Of a DNA stretch of 64,000 nucleotides, positions 9,750-19,802 are shown piece by piece. Position numbers and translations under genes: made by a program. Where the stretch lies: assembly GCA_048885925.1 (NCBI GenBank), contig JBHLLG010000004.1:32001-96000 (forward strand), written 5' to 3'. A model generated the notes under the pieces. It did no database searches. It was not told the origin of the DNA and saw only the letters and a list, made by a program, of their open reading frames with translations. The DNA is from Candidatus Hermodarchaeota archaeon (lineage in GTDB: Archaea > Asgardarchaeota > Lokiarchaeia > Sigyniarchaeales > SOKP01). Positions within the stretch are counted from its first letter, which is position 1, and each line of letters opens with the position of its first letter.

Positions 9750-10403
9750 TTATTTTTTAAGCAAAACTTTTTTCTTAATGATTTTTCTTAACATTACTGA
9801 TAAAGCTGCCTTAGATTTCCCTATTTGGTTAGCTAATTCTTCTAATGAAATCTTTCGAGGAACTTCGAAAAATCCTGAAGTGATGGCTTTATCGAGAATA
9901 CTCAATTCATCATAAGTCAATTTGTTTTTATCATTTTCAAGGATGTATGGGGAAACACCAATCCTTAATAATTCAAAATCAATTCTTTTTTGTTCAAAAA
10001 GAGTTAATAGCTGATCTATCCGTTCTCTACTTGCTATCAACCTCCAATAAGCAAATCCCTCTTCAACTCTTACGGGAAAGTCTACAAGAACACCACACTT
10101 TATTATGGCATACAACAAATAAGGATCCTTTGTTTTAACATTGAATTTAACTCGACTTTCTTCCTTTTCTATGATATTCAGTTCAAAAACTGAGGGATGA
10201 TTTCTAACTTGTTCAAGAATAGAATCAATATTATAATGCAGAATTTCAATTACACTGTTACCAATAGATTTTTCAAGATCATAAGGAAGAAAATGTGAAA
10301 TCTCCATCTTGATATCAGGAAAATTTTTGAAAATTTCAGAAATCCATATTTGTTCTGGAAACTTAATCTTTATTCTTGCTAAGCTTGGTTTTTCCGTAGC
10401 CAT
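9750..10403 (-). CDS. Transcription regulator with C-terminal bacterio-opsin activator-type HTH
   Basis: LT...AITSGFFEVPRKISLEELANQIGKSKAALSVMLRK. Confidence 0.85.
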   Translation of the reverse strand: MATEKPSLARIKIKFPEQIWISEIFKNFPDIKMEISHFLPYDLEKSIGNSVIEILHYNIDSILEQVRNHPSVFELNIIEKEESRVKFNVKTKDPYLLYAIIKCGVLVDFPVRVEEGFAYWRLIASRERIDQLLTLFEQKRIDFELLRIGVSPYILENDKNKLTYDELSILDKAITSGFFEVPRKISLEELANQIGKSKAALSVMLRKIIKKKVLLKK

Positions 10404-10489
10404 CTTGAAATATTAATGTTTAAGATTTTAAAACTTTATTTTTATACATAATGATTAATTATTAATAAAAACAATTTAAATGCATTATT

Positions 10490-11089
10490 ATGGTAGAAAA
10501 GAAGAATTTATTACTTGGAATATCTGGTAGCCCAAGAAAACAGGGGACTGAATATGCTATCCAATATGCTTTAAATTATGCTGCTGAAAAGTTTGGATTT
10601 GAAACGGAATTTTGGACTGTCAGAAATAAGGATATTAAGTTTTGTCTACATTGTGATTATTGCATTCGAGAAAAAAAGGGGTGTGTAAATAAAGATGATA
10701 TGGAGGAACTCTATACTAAATTAGAACAAGCTAATTTTTTTCTGTTTGGAACTCCTGTTTTCCAAGGAAACTTATCAGGACAAATTAAAACCGTTTTAGA
10801 TCGATGTCGTGCAATGGTCGCTAAAACTCCCAACGTATTCAAGAATAAAATTGGAGCAGCACTAGCTGTTGGGGGAGATCGAAGTGGAGGACAAGAAATT
10901 GCAATTAGAGGTATTTTAGATTTTTTTCAACAAAATCATATAATAAGTGCTTCTGGTGGTGCTTTTGGGGCTAATTTAGGTGCTAGTCTGTGGAGTAGAG
11001 ATATGGGAAAAGAAGGGATTGAAAAAGATGAAGAAGGTTTACGCACCATCCGAAAGGTAATAAAAAGATTAGTAGAATTTAAAAAATAA
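10490..11089 (+). CDS. Iron-sulfur flavoprotein (Isf) / NADPH-dependent FMN reductase family
   Basis: GSPRK, CLHCDYC...C, GTPVF, DR motif, GGQE. Confidence 0.9.
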   Translation: MVEKKNLLLGISGSPRKQGTEYAIQYALNYAAEKFGFETEFWTVRNKDIKFCLHCDYCIREKKGCVNKDDMEELYTKLEQANFFLFGTPVFQGNLSGQIKTVLDRCRAMVAKTPNVFKNKIGAALAVGGDRSGGQEIAIRGILDFFQQNHIISASGGAFGANLGASLWSRDMGKEGIEKDEEGLRTIRKVIKRLVEFKK

Positions 11090-11139
11090 TATTGAATTTT
11101 CCTAATTTATATTTAAATTAGAATTTTTGTATTCAAATA

Positions 11140-11610
11140 ATGGAGAATGTGAAAGAAAAACAAAAAAAAAAGAAGTATCAGATAAAGATTCTTTTGTTAA
11201 TAGAATCAATTTTATTGATTATAGGGATATCATTTACAATGATCTCTAATATCTTGGACAATGAGTCAATTTTTCATAAATTATGTGGAGTTACATCCGG
11301 ATTAATTCTTTTTATATTTATAACCACTTGTGTTTTTTATATAGACATTAGATCACCAGAAGAAGTGAAAGTACCAATTGATAAGAAGAAAAATTTAACA
11401 AAAAATATTATTGTTGCAACTCTAGTCTTTAGCGGATTTGGACTAATGATAATAACAGTATATTTAAATATTTTTATCGAAGATCATCCAACTATTGCTC
11501 AATTTTGTTCTTATGGAGGGGAACTGGGTTTTATTATTATGATTTCTGGATATGTTTTAGCGATAATTCTTTTTATAGAAAAACCAAAAAAAGAAAAACC
11601 AAAAGAATAA
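11140..11610 (+). CDS. Hypothetical membrane protein (about 4 TM)
   Basis: Four hydrophobic segments in the ORF. Confidence 0.65.
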   Translation: MENVKEKQKKKKYQIKILLLIESILLIIGISFTMISNILDNESIFHKLCGVTSGLILFIFITTCVFYIDIRSPEEVKVPIDKKKNLTKNIIVATLVFSGFGLMIITVYLNIFIEDHPTIAQFCSYGGELGFIIMISGYVLAIILFIEKPKKEKPKE

Positions 11611-11651
11611 ATAAAGAATTAGATAAAAAATTTCAATGTATTTAAAAAAAT

Positions 11652-11945
11652 CTATTTCACTCCGAATAATTTTTTTGCTTCTTTTTCTCTAAGACCAGAA
11701 ACACCCCAGAGTTCTTTAAACCAATATTTTCCTTTATGTATTACCACTGGTGTGTTCACAATACATCCATCAACATCACAGAAGGTTTTTAGAAAGTTGT
11801 CATCATGTAATAGCTCATGTACAAATTCCTCATCATTTATGTCTCGTTCAATATATCTAACTTCATTCTTATTTAACCAGTCCTTTAGATCATGACAAAG
11901 GTGACAGTCCTCTTTTGTTATTACGATAGGTGTTTTAGCTTCCAT
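11652..11945 (-). CDS. Glutaredoxin-like protein
   Basis: CHLC near the N-terminus, TPVV cis-Pro motif, extra CDVDGC pair. Confidence 0.8.
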   Translation of the reverse strand: MEAKTPIVITKEDCHLCHDLKDWLNKNEVRYIERDINDEEFVHELLHDDNFLKTFCDVDGCIVNTPVVIHKGKYWFKELWGVSGLREKEAKKLFGVK

Positions 11946-12158
11946 ATTAAAAAGATAACTAAAAATAATAAAAAAGCTTTTTCTTCTGAATTATAAATTG
12001 TATAAGGTAAAATTGATTAGTTAAAAAATTTTAAAATAAATCTTATTGAAATTAAAAATAAACCATGAATTTTTACTTTTTTTTTACTTCATTTTCGAAT
12101 AAATTTAATAAATTATTATAATTAGATTCTTATTTCTTATTCTTATTTTTATCTTAAG

Positions 12159-12608
12159 ATGGATCAAAAAACTCGGAATGAAGTATTTAATAGTCATATA
12201 AAAATACTATTTCATAGTACTGATTGGAAAGAAAGAGCATTCGCAGCGCAAAATCTTGGTCAATTAGGAGAAGCTAGGGCGACTAATATGTTAACAAGAG
12301 CTTTAAAGTCTGAAAAAGATGCTGGTGTCATTAATCAAATTATTAAAGCGATGGGTGAGATTGGTGATTCAAAAGCTACTATGATAATAATAGATTATTT
12401 GAAAAAAGAATTGGAAAAACCCGAAAAAGAACAAGATAAAACGAGGCTATTTATTATCTTAGAGAGTCTTATGAAAATTGGAGATAAGCGAGCGCTTGAA
12501 CATTTAGGAATACTATTAGATTCTTGTCATAGTGATATTAGAAAACTCACAGAAGAGGCTTTTGATTGTATCGATCCAAAATGGAAACTTAATATTAAAT
12601 CCATTTAA
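12159..12608 (+). CDS. HEAT-repeat (PBS-lyase-like) protein
   Basis: Repeats AAQNLGQLGEARA, AMGEIGDSKA, SLMKIGDKRA. Confidence 0.8.
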   Translation: MDQKTRNEVFNSHIKILFHSTDWKERAFAAQNLGQLGEARATNMLTRALKSEKDAGVINQIIKAMGEIGDSKATMIIIDYLKKELEKPEKEQDKTRLFIILESLMKIGDKRALEHLGILLDSCHSDIRKLTEEAFDCIDPKWKLNIKSI

Positions 12609-12646
12609 TTCAAAAATTTTTTAAAAAATGAGGAGAAAATAAAAGT

Positions 12647-12958
12647 ATGTCTGAAATTATTAATAAATTAGCACAAACCGTTGATGGTTCCAAGAAAAGT
12701 AGAGATATTACTATTTTAACATTATCTACTTGTATGTGGTGTAAGAAATGCAAGGCGTGGTTAAATGAGCGTGATGTTAAATATAGATATGTTGATGTTG
12801 ATAAAATAAATTTTGATGATAAATCAAAAATAATGGATTACTTAATAAATAAATACAATTCTCGTGTGTCTTATCCATTTATGATCTGTGATGGTGAGAT
12901 TGTAGTAGGCTATAATCCAAATAAATACGAAGAATTATTAAAAGCTGGAGGAAATTAA
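12647..12958 (+). CDS. Glutaredoxin (NrdH-like)
   Basis: LSTCMWCKK, SYP, IVVGYN; coupled to the downstream FTR gene. Confidence 0.85.
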   Translation: MSEIINKLAQTVDGSKKSRDITILTLSTCMWCKKCKAWLNERDVKYRYVDVDKINFDDKSKIMDYLINKYNSRVSYPFMICDGEIVVGYNPNKYEELLKAGGN

Positions 12959-12959
12959 G

Positions 12960-13325
12960 ATGGATATGAAAACTAAGGAAGGAATGAAAGAGTATTGTAA
13001 TAAGGTATGTAAAACCAATAATTGGATATTAAATAAAGATCAAGAAACACTCAATAATTTAATCGATGGTTTAGTAGATAATAAGAACAATATTGGTTAC
13101 CAATCCTGTCCTTGTCGTCTTGCCTCAGGTAATCGAGATTTAGACAGGGATTTAATATGTCCTTGTGATTATGCTCCATTAGATATAAAGGAATATGGCG
13201 CATGCTACTGCAATTTATATCTGCGTTCAGATTTCTATGATACAATAGGAAAAAAGTATATCGTTGTTCCTGAAAGAAGACCTTTAGAGAAAGAAAAAGC
13301 TGTTTTAAATTATTTTAAAAAATAA
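12960..13325 (+). CDS. Ferredoxin:thioredoxin (glutaredoxin) reductase catalytic subunit
   Basis: CPCR, ICPC and CYC motifs. Confidence 0.92.
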   Translation: MDMKTKEGMKEYCNKVCKTNNWILNKDQETLNNLIDGLVDNKNNIGYQSCPCRLASGNRDLDRDLICPCDYAPLDIKEYGACYCNLYLRSDFYDTIGKKYIVVPERRPLEKEKAVLNYFKK

Positions 13326-13434
13326 ATCTCAATAATATTTCCCTTTTTTTCGGTTAATGTGATATAACTAATTTTAAATTCACTTTTTTTCTATAAATAA
13401 AATCCTTAAATATTACATTTTCTCTTTGTTAATT

Positions 13435-13593
13435 ATGCCAGATAAAGAAATTACTGATGATGAATTAGAAAAGGAACTCGATAAAGCATTTAAAGAAAGC
13501 GAAAGATTAAGAGATCATTGTGGAACCCCTTTACCAAGTAATAAAGAGGTGGGTGTTCAAAGAACAGATGTAAAATTGAAAAAGGATAAGTAA
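13435..13593 (+). CDS. Small hypothetical protein, 52 aa (not in ORF track)
   Basis: MPDKEITDDELEKELDKAFKESERLRDHCGTPLPSNKEVGVQRTDVKLKKDK; coding-like composition, upstream TATA-like element and downstream T-tract. Confidence 0.6.
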   Translation: MPDKEITDDELEKELDKAFKESERLRDHCGTPLPSNKEVGVQRTDVKLKKDK

Positions 13594-13686
13594 ATATTAA
13601 TATAATTTAATTTTTGTTTATTTTTTTATCTTGTCTATCTTGATTCGACATTTGAATTTTAAAAAAAAGAATTTAATAAAAAAGCT

Positions 13687-14736
13687 TCAATCTATCTTTT
13701 CAACAATTTTTAATTTAGTAATAGCACCAATCTCATTAAATTCACTAGGACTTAGTTCAATATTTTTTCCTGTTAAAGTATTTGCTATTGTAGCTGCTAA
13801 TATTCCCCATGGACATATAGAGTTAATTAATTCTTCAGGTTTCATATAAGATCTAACAACTGATGTAGAACAGTTTATTGATTCGACAGTAAATTCATGT
13901 TCAGAGATCCATTTTATTTTTAATTTCTCAGCCATACCGATTTTTTCAAATTTAGTCATTGCGATTTCCATAGCTTCATTTAAATTATGGCTTTTTAATT
14001 CCTCTAGATTTAATCCAATTTTTTCAGCATATCTTTCCAAAAATTCATAAGTTTTTGGAAAAACATATTTATATAGTACTGGAGTTCCAACTAACTCCTT
14101 AGCACTCCCTTCATAGCCAAATGTAATTCCGTGCAAAATCATAGAAACACCATGTAAATTTCTCATTTTTTCAGGTCTTCCAAATATTGTTCTTCTAAAT
14201 AAAGATATAAGGAATAGACAAGTTCCGCCTAAAAATGGAATGAGAGCTGTCCATAGAAATGAATCAGGGACTAAGCCTAATGTAATTGGATAGATATAAA
14301 TTTTTGCATCATAATAATTATAAATACTTGTCCAATAGGACATACTCCATCCAATTACACCTAATGGTCCAATAATATGCCCATATTTGTAGATCTCATC
14401 TTTTTTAAATTTAGCGATAATTATTTTTATGGTAATTAATACTAACGCACCAAAACCCCCGATCCAAGTGTGTGCCCATAGTCCAGAAGGTGTAAATAAA
14501 TATGGATTATTAGATTTTATATAAGAATCTAACATAATTAAACATAATATCATTGCTACGTAAAAGATAATAATTTCGATTCGCCCATACCATTTATGAA
14601 ATTTTATTAAGGGAATATCTCCCTTCATATTGTTTAAATCTCTGATATTCGAGAGTCCAATTAAAGAATTTGCAATAACAAAACAATAGCCTATTAATGA
14701 CATGAAAACCATAAATTCTATTAAAACTTCTGACAT
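13687..14736 (-). CDS. Membrane protein with His-containing TM region and C-terminal V4R-like domain
   Basis: About 5 TM with HKWYG, HTWIG, HIIG; C-terminal FTVESINC...ICPWG resembles V4R/HNOX-like folds (inference). Confidence 0.55.
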   Translation of the reverse strand: MSEVLIEFMVFMSLIGYCFVIANSLIGLSNIRDLNNMKGDIPLIKFHKWYGRIEIIIFYVAMILCLIMLDSYIKSNNPYLFTPSGLWAHTWIGGFGALVLITIKIIIAKFKKDEIYKYGHIIGPLGVIGWSMSYWTSIYNYYDAKIYIYPITLGLVPDSFLWTALIPFLGGTCLFLISLFRRTIFGRPEKMRNLHGVSMILHGITFGYEGSAKELVGTPVLYKYVFPKTYEFLERYAEKIGLNLEELKSHNLNEAMEIAMTKFEKIGMAEKLKIKWISEHEFTVESINCSTSVVRSYMKPEELINSICPWGILAATIANTLTGKNIELSPSEFNEIGAITKLKIVEKID

Positions 14737-14869
14737 TTTCCATCTCTCAAGTACATTTTAGATTTTTTAAAATTTAATCAAATAATTTTTAATTAATAAC
14801 TATGTTTTACGACAATATTAAGGTTATATCTATAATTTATGTAGTTAAAATAAAAATCAAGAGAATGTT

Positions 14870-15973
14870 CTAAAACTGTTTAAAAATAGAAAAACATAAG
14901 TTTTGAATTACTTCAAAATTGTTATAATCTTCAACATTTCCTATCAATATCAACGCATAATTATTTAAGTTCAAACAAATCGTAGTAATCCTTTCTCCTC
15001 CTATAGAAGCATTATATAATGTTCTATTATATATTTCTTCACTAGTTTTTTTTGAGGCGGTTAAAAAACTGATAGTTTCAGGAATAAAATTAGAACAATC
15101 ATATGTAGAATCAAAAATTCTAGAAAATAATATTTTCCCTAATAAATCAACTAAAAAAACTTGCTTAATTTTAGTATCCCATTTAACACTCTCGAATTTT
15201 TCTTCTAATTTCTTTGGTTTTTTAATGTATTTTTCCTTAGCTCTAAAAAAATCCAAAGATAAATATTGATTTTCATAATTTTCTAACAATTGATATTGTC
15301 TAATGATTAAAATTGCATCTCGTTTCTCAACAAGTAGATTCTCATTTCGAACAGTATTAAGTAAGATCCATTTTAACTTCTCATTTAGATTATTATAATA
15401 TAATAAGTTTGCAGAATTTATAATAAGAGGAATAAGAAAACTTAATCTATCTTTATTAATATATTGTTTAGCATATATATAGTAAATGATTCCACTTTTA
15501 TGTTCAAGAAAAATAATTGATTTTAAAATTCCAAGTTTTTGGATCTTTTTTATAGAGTCTTCTAAAACATCAATTCCATGTGAGTATAAAATATCTTCTA
15601 CATTTTTATCAAATTTTTGAAATTCAGAAATTTCACCATCAAATTCTCGATTTAGTATTGAACTAAATTCTATTGTAAAATCATCCATAATTTTATGGAT
15701 TAAAGAATGTAATAGTTCAATAAATTCTTCATTTTTAGTTGTTACTACAAAGGTCAGTTTTTGGTGATATTTTTCAAATTTCTCAAAAATTATTTGAGTT
15801 TCTTTTAATTTTAAAGATTTGATATCTTCTCCTCTTTCAAAGACTGCAAATGTATTTATTGCGGTTAAAAAACCGCTAAATAAATCATCATCAGTAGAAG
15901 TTCCTTTTCCTGAAGGATGCCAATTATATAATAATGTTCCCGCTTCATTGAAAATTAATAAATCTTCAATCAT
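14870..15973 (-). CDS. Longin-domain protein, possibly three tandem longin/roadblock-like domains
   Basis: N-terminal LLIFNEAGTLLY...DLFSGFLTAINTFA longin signature; similar hairpins IIFLEHKSGIIYY and VFLVDLLGKILFS at roughly 120-140 aa spacing. Confidence 0.65.
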   Translation of the reverse strand: MIEDLLIFNEAGTLLYNWHPSGKGTSTDDDLFSGFLTAINTFAVFERGEDIKSLKLKETQIIFEKFEKYHQKLTFVVTTKNEEFIELLHSLIHKIMDDFTIEFSSILNREFDGEISEFQKFDKNVEDILYSHGIDVLEDSIKKIQKLGILKSIIFLEHKSGIIYYIYAKQYINKDRLSFLIPLIINSANLLYYNNLNEKLKWILLNTVRNENLLVEKRDAILIIRQYQLLENYENQYLSLDFFRAKEKYIKKPKKLEEKFESVKWDTKIKQVFLVDLLGKILFSRIFDSTYDCSNFIPETISFLTASKKTSEEIYNRTLYNASIGGERITTICLNLNNYALILIGNVEDYNNFEVIQNLCFSIFKQF

Positions 15974-16144
15974 TTCATTTGGTATATATGATTTTTCTAT
16001 TAAAAATTATCCTTAATTTTGGATAAAATTTTAATTTAATAATTAATAACAATGATCTTTTTAAATCAATAATTAAAGCTTTTCTTAATAAACTTTTAAG
16101 TTTTAAAAATAAGTATTCTAAGGATTAATAATTGTTAATTAATT

Positions 16145-17134
16145 GTGATATTCATGGAAGAGAGAATAAAAGGAAGAAAGAATTATCCTACTGATGAAAT
16201 AGATCCGAAAAACTTTCTAAGTGATGAGCTTGTAAAGGATATGATTAATAAGAAAGATAATATTCATTTTAATTCAAATGATTTTTATAAACTCTACAAT
16301 TGTGTCCATTGTGGAGAATGTGAAACTGAAATGGAGCGAATTTCATTAAAAGAAAAATATATCGAAGAAGGAAATATATTTGAAGGAGTTGATGAGATGA
16401 GAGATTATTTTAACGAATTTAGATCACCATATCCTAGTAATAAGATGCGAATTAAAAGACTAAAGGGAATTTCTAGAGATTCTGATACTCTCTTTTTCAT
16501 GGGTTGTCTCTCCACGATAAGGATTCCTCAATATACTCAACATGCACTTCAATATTTAATACAACAAGAGGTAGATTTCACTATTTTAAATACCGAAATT
16601 TGCTGTGGATGGCATCTTAAGATTAGTGGATTAAAAAAGGAATTTGAAACATGTATAAATGAAAATATAAATATTTTTAATTCAAAAAAATTCAAAGAGA
16701 TAATTTGTTTATGTCCTGCGTGTTTTTATCTATTTAAAAATGAAATGGATGGTTTAAACGCAGAAGTAAAATATATTTCTGATTATATAAAACCTTCAAA
16801 TCTACATAAATCAGGTAGAGTAGGAGTGCAACATTTGTGTCAATTAATGAACAGAGATAAAGAAGGAATAGATAAATTTATAGTTGACATACTTAAAAGT
16901 GCAGGTTACAAAGTTGTAGATATCCCCCATTGGTGCTGTGGTGGAGGATCTGGTTGGATGGGACGAACAGATGTAATAGAAAAGATTGCTCAAAAAAGAA
17001 TGTCTGATTTTGATCGAGAAGATCTTGACTACGTTACAAGTTATTGTCCTTCTTGCTGGTGGATATTAAGGAGATTTAGTAAACAATGTAAAATTCACCC
17101 TAAAGCTATCGATCTTTTTGAATTATTACTCTGA
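16145..17134 (+). CDS. Fe-S oxidoreductase with two CCG domains (HdrD/GlpC-like)
   Basis: CVHCGEC, FMGC, EICCG, CPAC, HLC, CCGGGSG, CPSC. Confidence 0.85.
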   Translation: MIFMEERIKGRKNYPTDEIDPKNFLSDELVKDMINKKDNIHFNSNDFYKLYNCVHCGECETEMERISLKEKYIEEGNIFEGVDEMRDYFNEFRSPYPSNKMRIKRLKGISRDSDTLFFMGCLSTIRIPQYTQHALQYLIQQEVDFTILNTEICCGWHLKISGLKKEFETCINENINIFNSKKFKEIICLCPACFYLFKNEMDGLNAEVKYISDYIKPSNLHKSGRVGVQHLCQLMNRDKEGIDKFIVDILKSAGYKVVDIPHWCCGGGSGWMGRTDVIEKIAQKRMSDFDREDLDYVTSYCPSCWWILRRFSKQCKIHPKAIDLFELLL

Positions 17135-17176
17135 AACCAAAAAAATACGGTATTATATATTAATATAAGAAAATTT

Positions 17177-17415
17177 CTATTTATATACCTCAGGAATTAC
17201 AATAATAAAATAAATACCTTGTCTATAATTATTTTCAATACGATTTTTAACCCAAATTTTACCATGATAACTTTCTATTATCTTCTTTACTAAGGTTAGT
17301 CCAATTCCCATTCCTCTTACACTATTTTCTTTCTTATATCCTTTTTGAAAGATTAACTCTTTTTTTTATCTGTAATCCCAATTCCATAATCCTTAATTTC
17401 TAATTTGATTTTCAT
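17177..17415 (-). pseudogene. Frameshifted fragment of a histidine kinase HATPase_c domain
   Basis: KIKLEIKDYGIGITD, frameshift in an A-run, then ELIFQKGY...GMGIGLTLVKKIIESYHGKIWV...FIIVIP*; no upstream domains. Confidence 0.75.
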
Positions 17416-17721
17416 CAAAGAGGAATAAAGAAACACAGTCTGCTTTGGTTAGATTACCTATGTCTTCAAAGGAGAAATTGATAGCTTTATCAAGATTTAT
17501 TCTAACTACAAATCGAGAAGAAATTATAGATATGACTTTTTCAAATTTTAATCGACTTTTAAGCGACACTTTAGTACATCTTGATGAAGAGATTTAAAAA
17601 TAAATCTGATATTATTAATAGTCTATAGATAAAGCTTAATCTGAAAATATGATATAGTAAATATTTTTAAATTTGTTGAGAGGTAAAAATGGTTTTTTAA
17701 AAAGGAGAATCTCTCAATAGA

Positions 17722-18939
17722 TTGTTAGTATTAGAAATTAATTTAAGAAATTTAATAAATTTAGGAAATTTTTTAAATTTGATTGGTGTGGAAACTAATA
17801 ATAATATTATAGAAAAAACTGTTGAAAAAAAGTCGAAAAAGTTTACTTTAAGAGAATTTGGTGGTGCATTTGGAGATTGGGGTACTTTAATTCCATTTGT
17901 GATTGGTTATATTTCAATAGTAGGATTAAGCCCCGCTGGAATATTCTTGACATTAGGTTTAACCAATATCGTAATGGGGATAAAATTTGACCTTCCTCTT
18001 CCAGTACAACCGCAAAAAACAATTGGGACTGTTGCTATATCAAAAAAATGGGATCCAAATATAGTCATCTCAACAGGATTTGGTACTGGAGTAGTATGGT
18101 TTATTCTGGGATTTTCAAAAAAACTCAATCAAATTGTGAGTAAAGTTCCAATTATTGCGGTGAGAGGTATACAACTAGGATTAGCATTGATATTAGGATG
18201 GACGGGAATTAAATTATTCTCAGATAATCTAATACTTGGGTTTATCTCAATTCTAATAATATTAATTTTAATTAAAAATAAACCTATTCCATCTGCCATT
18301 ATTCTTACCTTTGGAGGAATATTATTAATGTTCTTTTCTGGTGTTGTTAATTTTTCAGAATTAGAATTTGGGGTCCCATTGTTAACTTTTCAGATCCCTT
18401 TATGGAATAATCTTTTAATTGGGATGTTATATGCAGGAATTGCGCAAATATTTCTAACTCTGACAAATGTTATGGTTGCAACGGTTGTATTAATTAAAGA
18501 ACTCTTTCCAGAGAAAGAGTTTGTTGATGCAAATACTTTAGCTTTTAATATGGGTGCTATGAATTTGATAAATCCCTTTTTAGCGGGAATGCCTTTATGT
18601 CATGGATCAGGCGGATTAATGGCACAATACGCTTTTGGAGCTAGAACTGGTGGTTCTATGATATTGGAAGGAATAATGGAAATTATTCTAGGATTATTTT
18701 TTTCTGAAACGTTACTTTTACTTTTTATAAAGTTTCCAATGGCAATTTTAGGAGCTATGTTAATTTATACCGCTATTTTATTAGGAAAAATAGCATTTAA
18801 GGATTTTAATATAAAATCATTCCCTATTGTATTAATCTCTGCTTTAATATGTCATTTCTTAAATATTGCTTTAGGTTTTTTAATTGGACTGATATTGTTC
18901 TACATTTTTAAAAACAAAATTGAATCTCCAAAAAATTGA
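17722..18939 (+). CDS. MOT1-family molybdate/sulfate transporter (true start probably GTG at 17788)
   Basis: EFGGAFGDWGTLIP, PLPVQP, RGIQLGL, MPLCHGSGGLMAQYAFGARTGG. Confidence 0.9.
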   Translation: MLVLEINLRNLINLGNFLNLIGVETNNNIIEKTVEKKSKKFTLREFGGAFGDWGTLIPFVIGYISIVGLSPAGIFLTLGLTNIVMGIKFDLPLPVQPQKTIGTVAISKKWDPNIVISTGFGTGVVWFILGFSKKLNQIVSKVPIIAVRGIQLGLALILGWTGIKLFSDNLILGFISILIILILIKNKPIPSAIILTFGGILLMFFSGVVNFSELEFGVPLLTFQIPLWNNLLIGMLYAGIAQIFLTLTNVMVATVVLIKELFPEKEFVDANTLAFNMGAMNLINPFLAGMPLCHGSGGLMAQYAFGARTGGSMILEGIMEIILGLFFSETLLLLFIKFPMAILGAMLIYTAILLGKIAFKDFNIKSFPIVLISALICHFLNIALGFLIGLILFYIFKNKIESPKN

Positions 18940-19078
18940 TTATTAAAATTGATCTTTTAAAATATTAATGTGATTTTATCTCATTTTATTCAATAATAAA
19001 TTAGAAATATGTTTTTTTATAATTTAAACGAAAAATTCTTTTAAGTATGAAAGCAAATATTCATAATAGAATGAATTA

Positions 19079-19783
19079 ATGGGTGATTTTATGTTATTTT
19101 CTGAAAATGAGATAGGTAATATTAAAAGAGAAATGGGTAAATTAAAGGATAAAGTTATTTTAAAATTGTTTACTGATTTCAAAATCCAAGAGGATGGAAA
19201 AAAAGTAAGAAAATGTATGGCTTGTGAAGGAGCATATGAGTTATTGAAAACTTTAGAAGATCTATCTGATGGTAAATTAAAAATAGAGGAAATATCCACG
19301 GAAGAAAATGAGGAAGAAGCAAAAAAGTATAATGTAACCAGAATTCCTGCTATATTATTTGTTGATGAAAATGATAAAGAAATAATTCGATACTCCGCTT
19401 ATCCGACTGGATCAGAATTTGTTCCTTTTCTTAACAGCATTCAATACTTCTCAGGTGTTAGACCTTATTATGCAGATCAAATCATTACACATCTAAAAAA
19501 GATAGATAATTCGAAAATGAAGATTTTTATTACTCCAACTTGCCCGTATTGTCCCGCAACAGTACCAGTTCTTACATTATTTGCGATAATTAGTAAAGGA
19601 AAGGTTTCAGCCGAAGTAATTGATGTTGACTTAAATCCTGATATTGCTATGAAATATCAAGTTCAAGGAGTTCCGCACACAGTTATAAATGAGAAGGATC
19701 ATATTTATGGAATGTTTACCCCTCAAGATCTTTTAGATAAACTTACAAAAGGTCAGAGAGATTTTGGAGGGATGTATGCTTAG
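19079..19783 (+). CDS. Protein disulfide oxidoreductase (PDO/AhpF-NTD-like), copy 1
   Basis: Two thioredoxin folds, CMAC and CPYC, GVP. Confidence 0.9.
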   Translation: MGDFMLFSENEIGNIKREMGKLKDKVILKLFTDFKIQEDGKKVRKCMACEGAYELLKTLEDLSDGKLKIEEISTEENEEEAKKYNVTRIPAILFVDENDKEIIRYSAYPTGSEFVPFLNSIQYFSGVRPYYADQIITHLKKIDNSKMKIFITPTCPYCPATVPVLTLFAIISKGKVSAEVIDVDLNPDIAMKYQVQGVPHTVINEKDHIYGMFTPQDLLDKLTKGQRDFGGMYA

Positions 19784-19802
19784 GAAAGGTGATTCATAAA
19801 AA

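Noticed and set aside
17460-17597. 45-codon plus-strand ORF MSSKEKLIALSRF...
   Set aside because: No motif, abuts a pseudogene junction, expression unsupported
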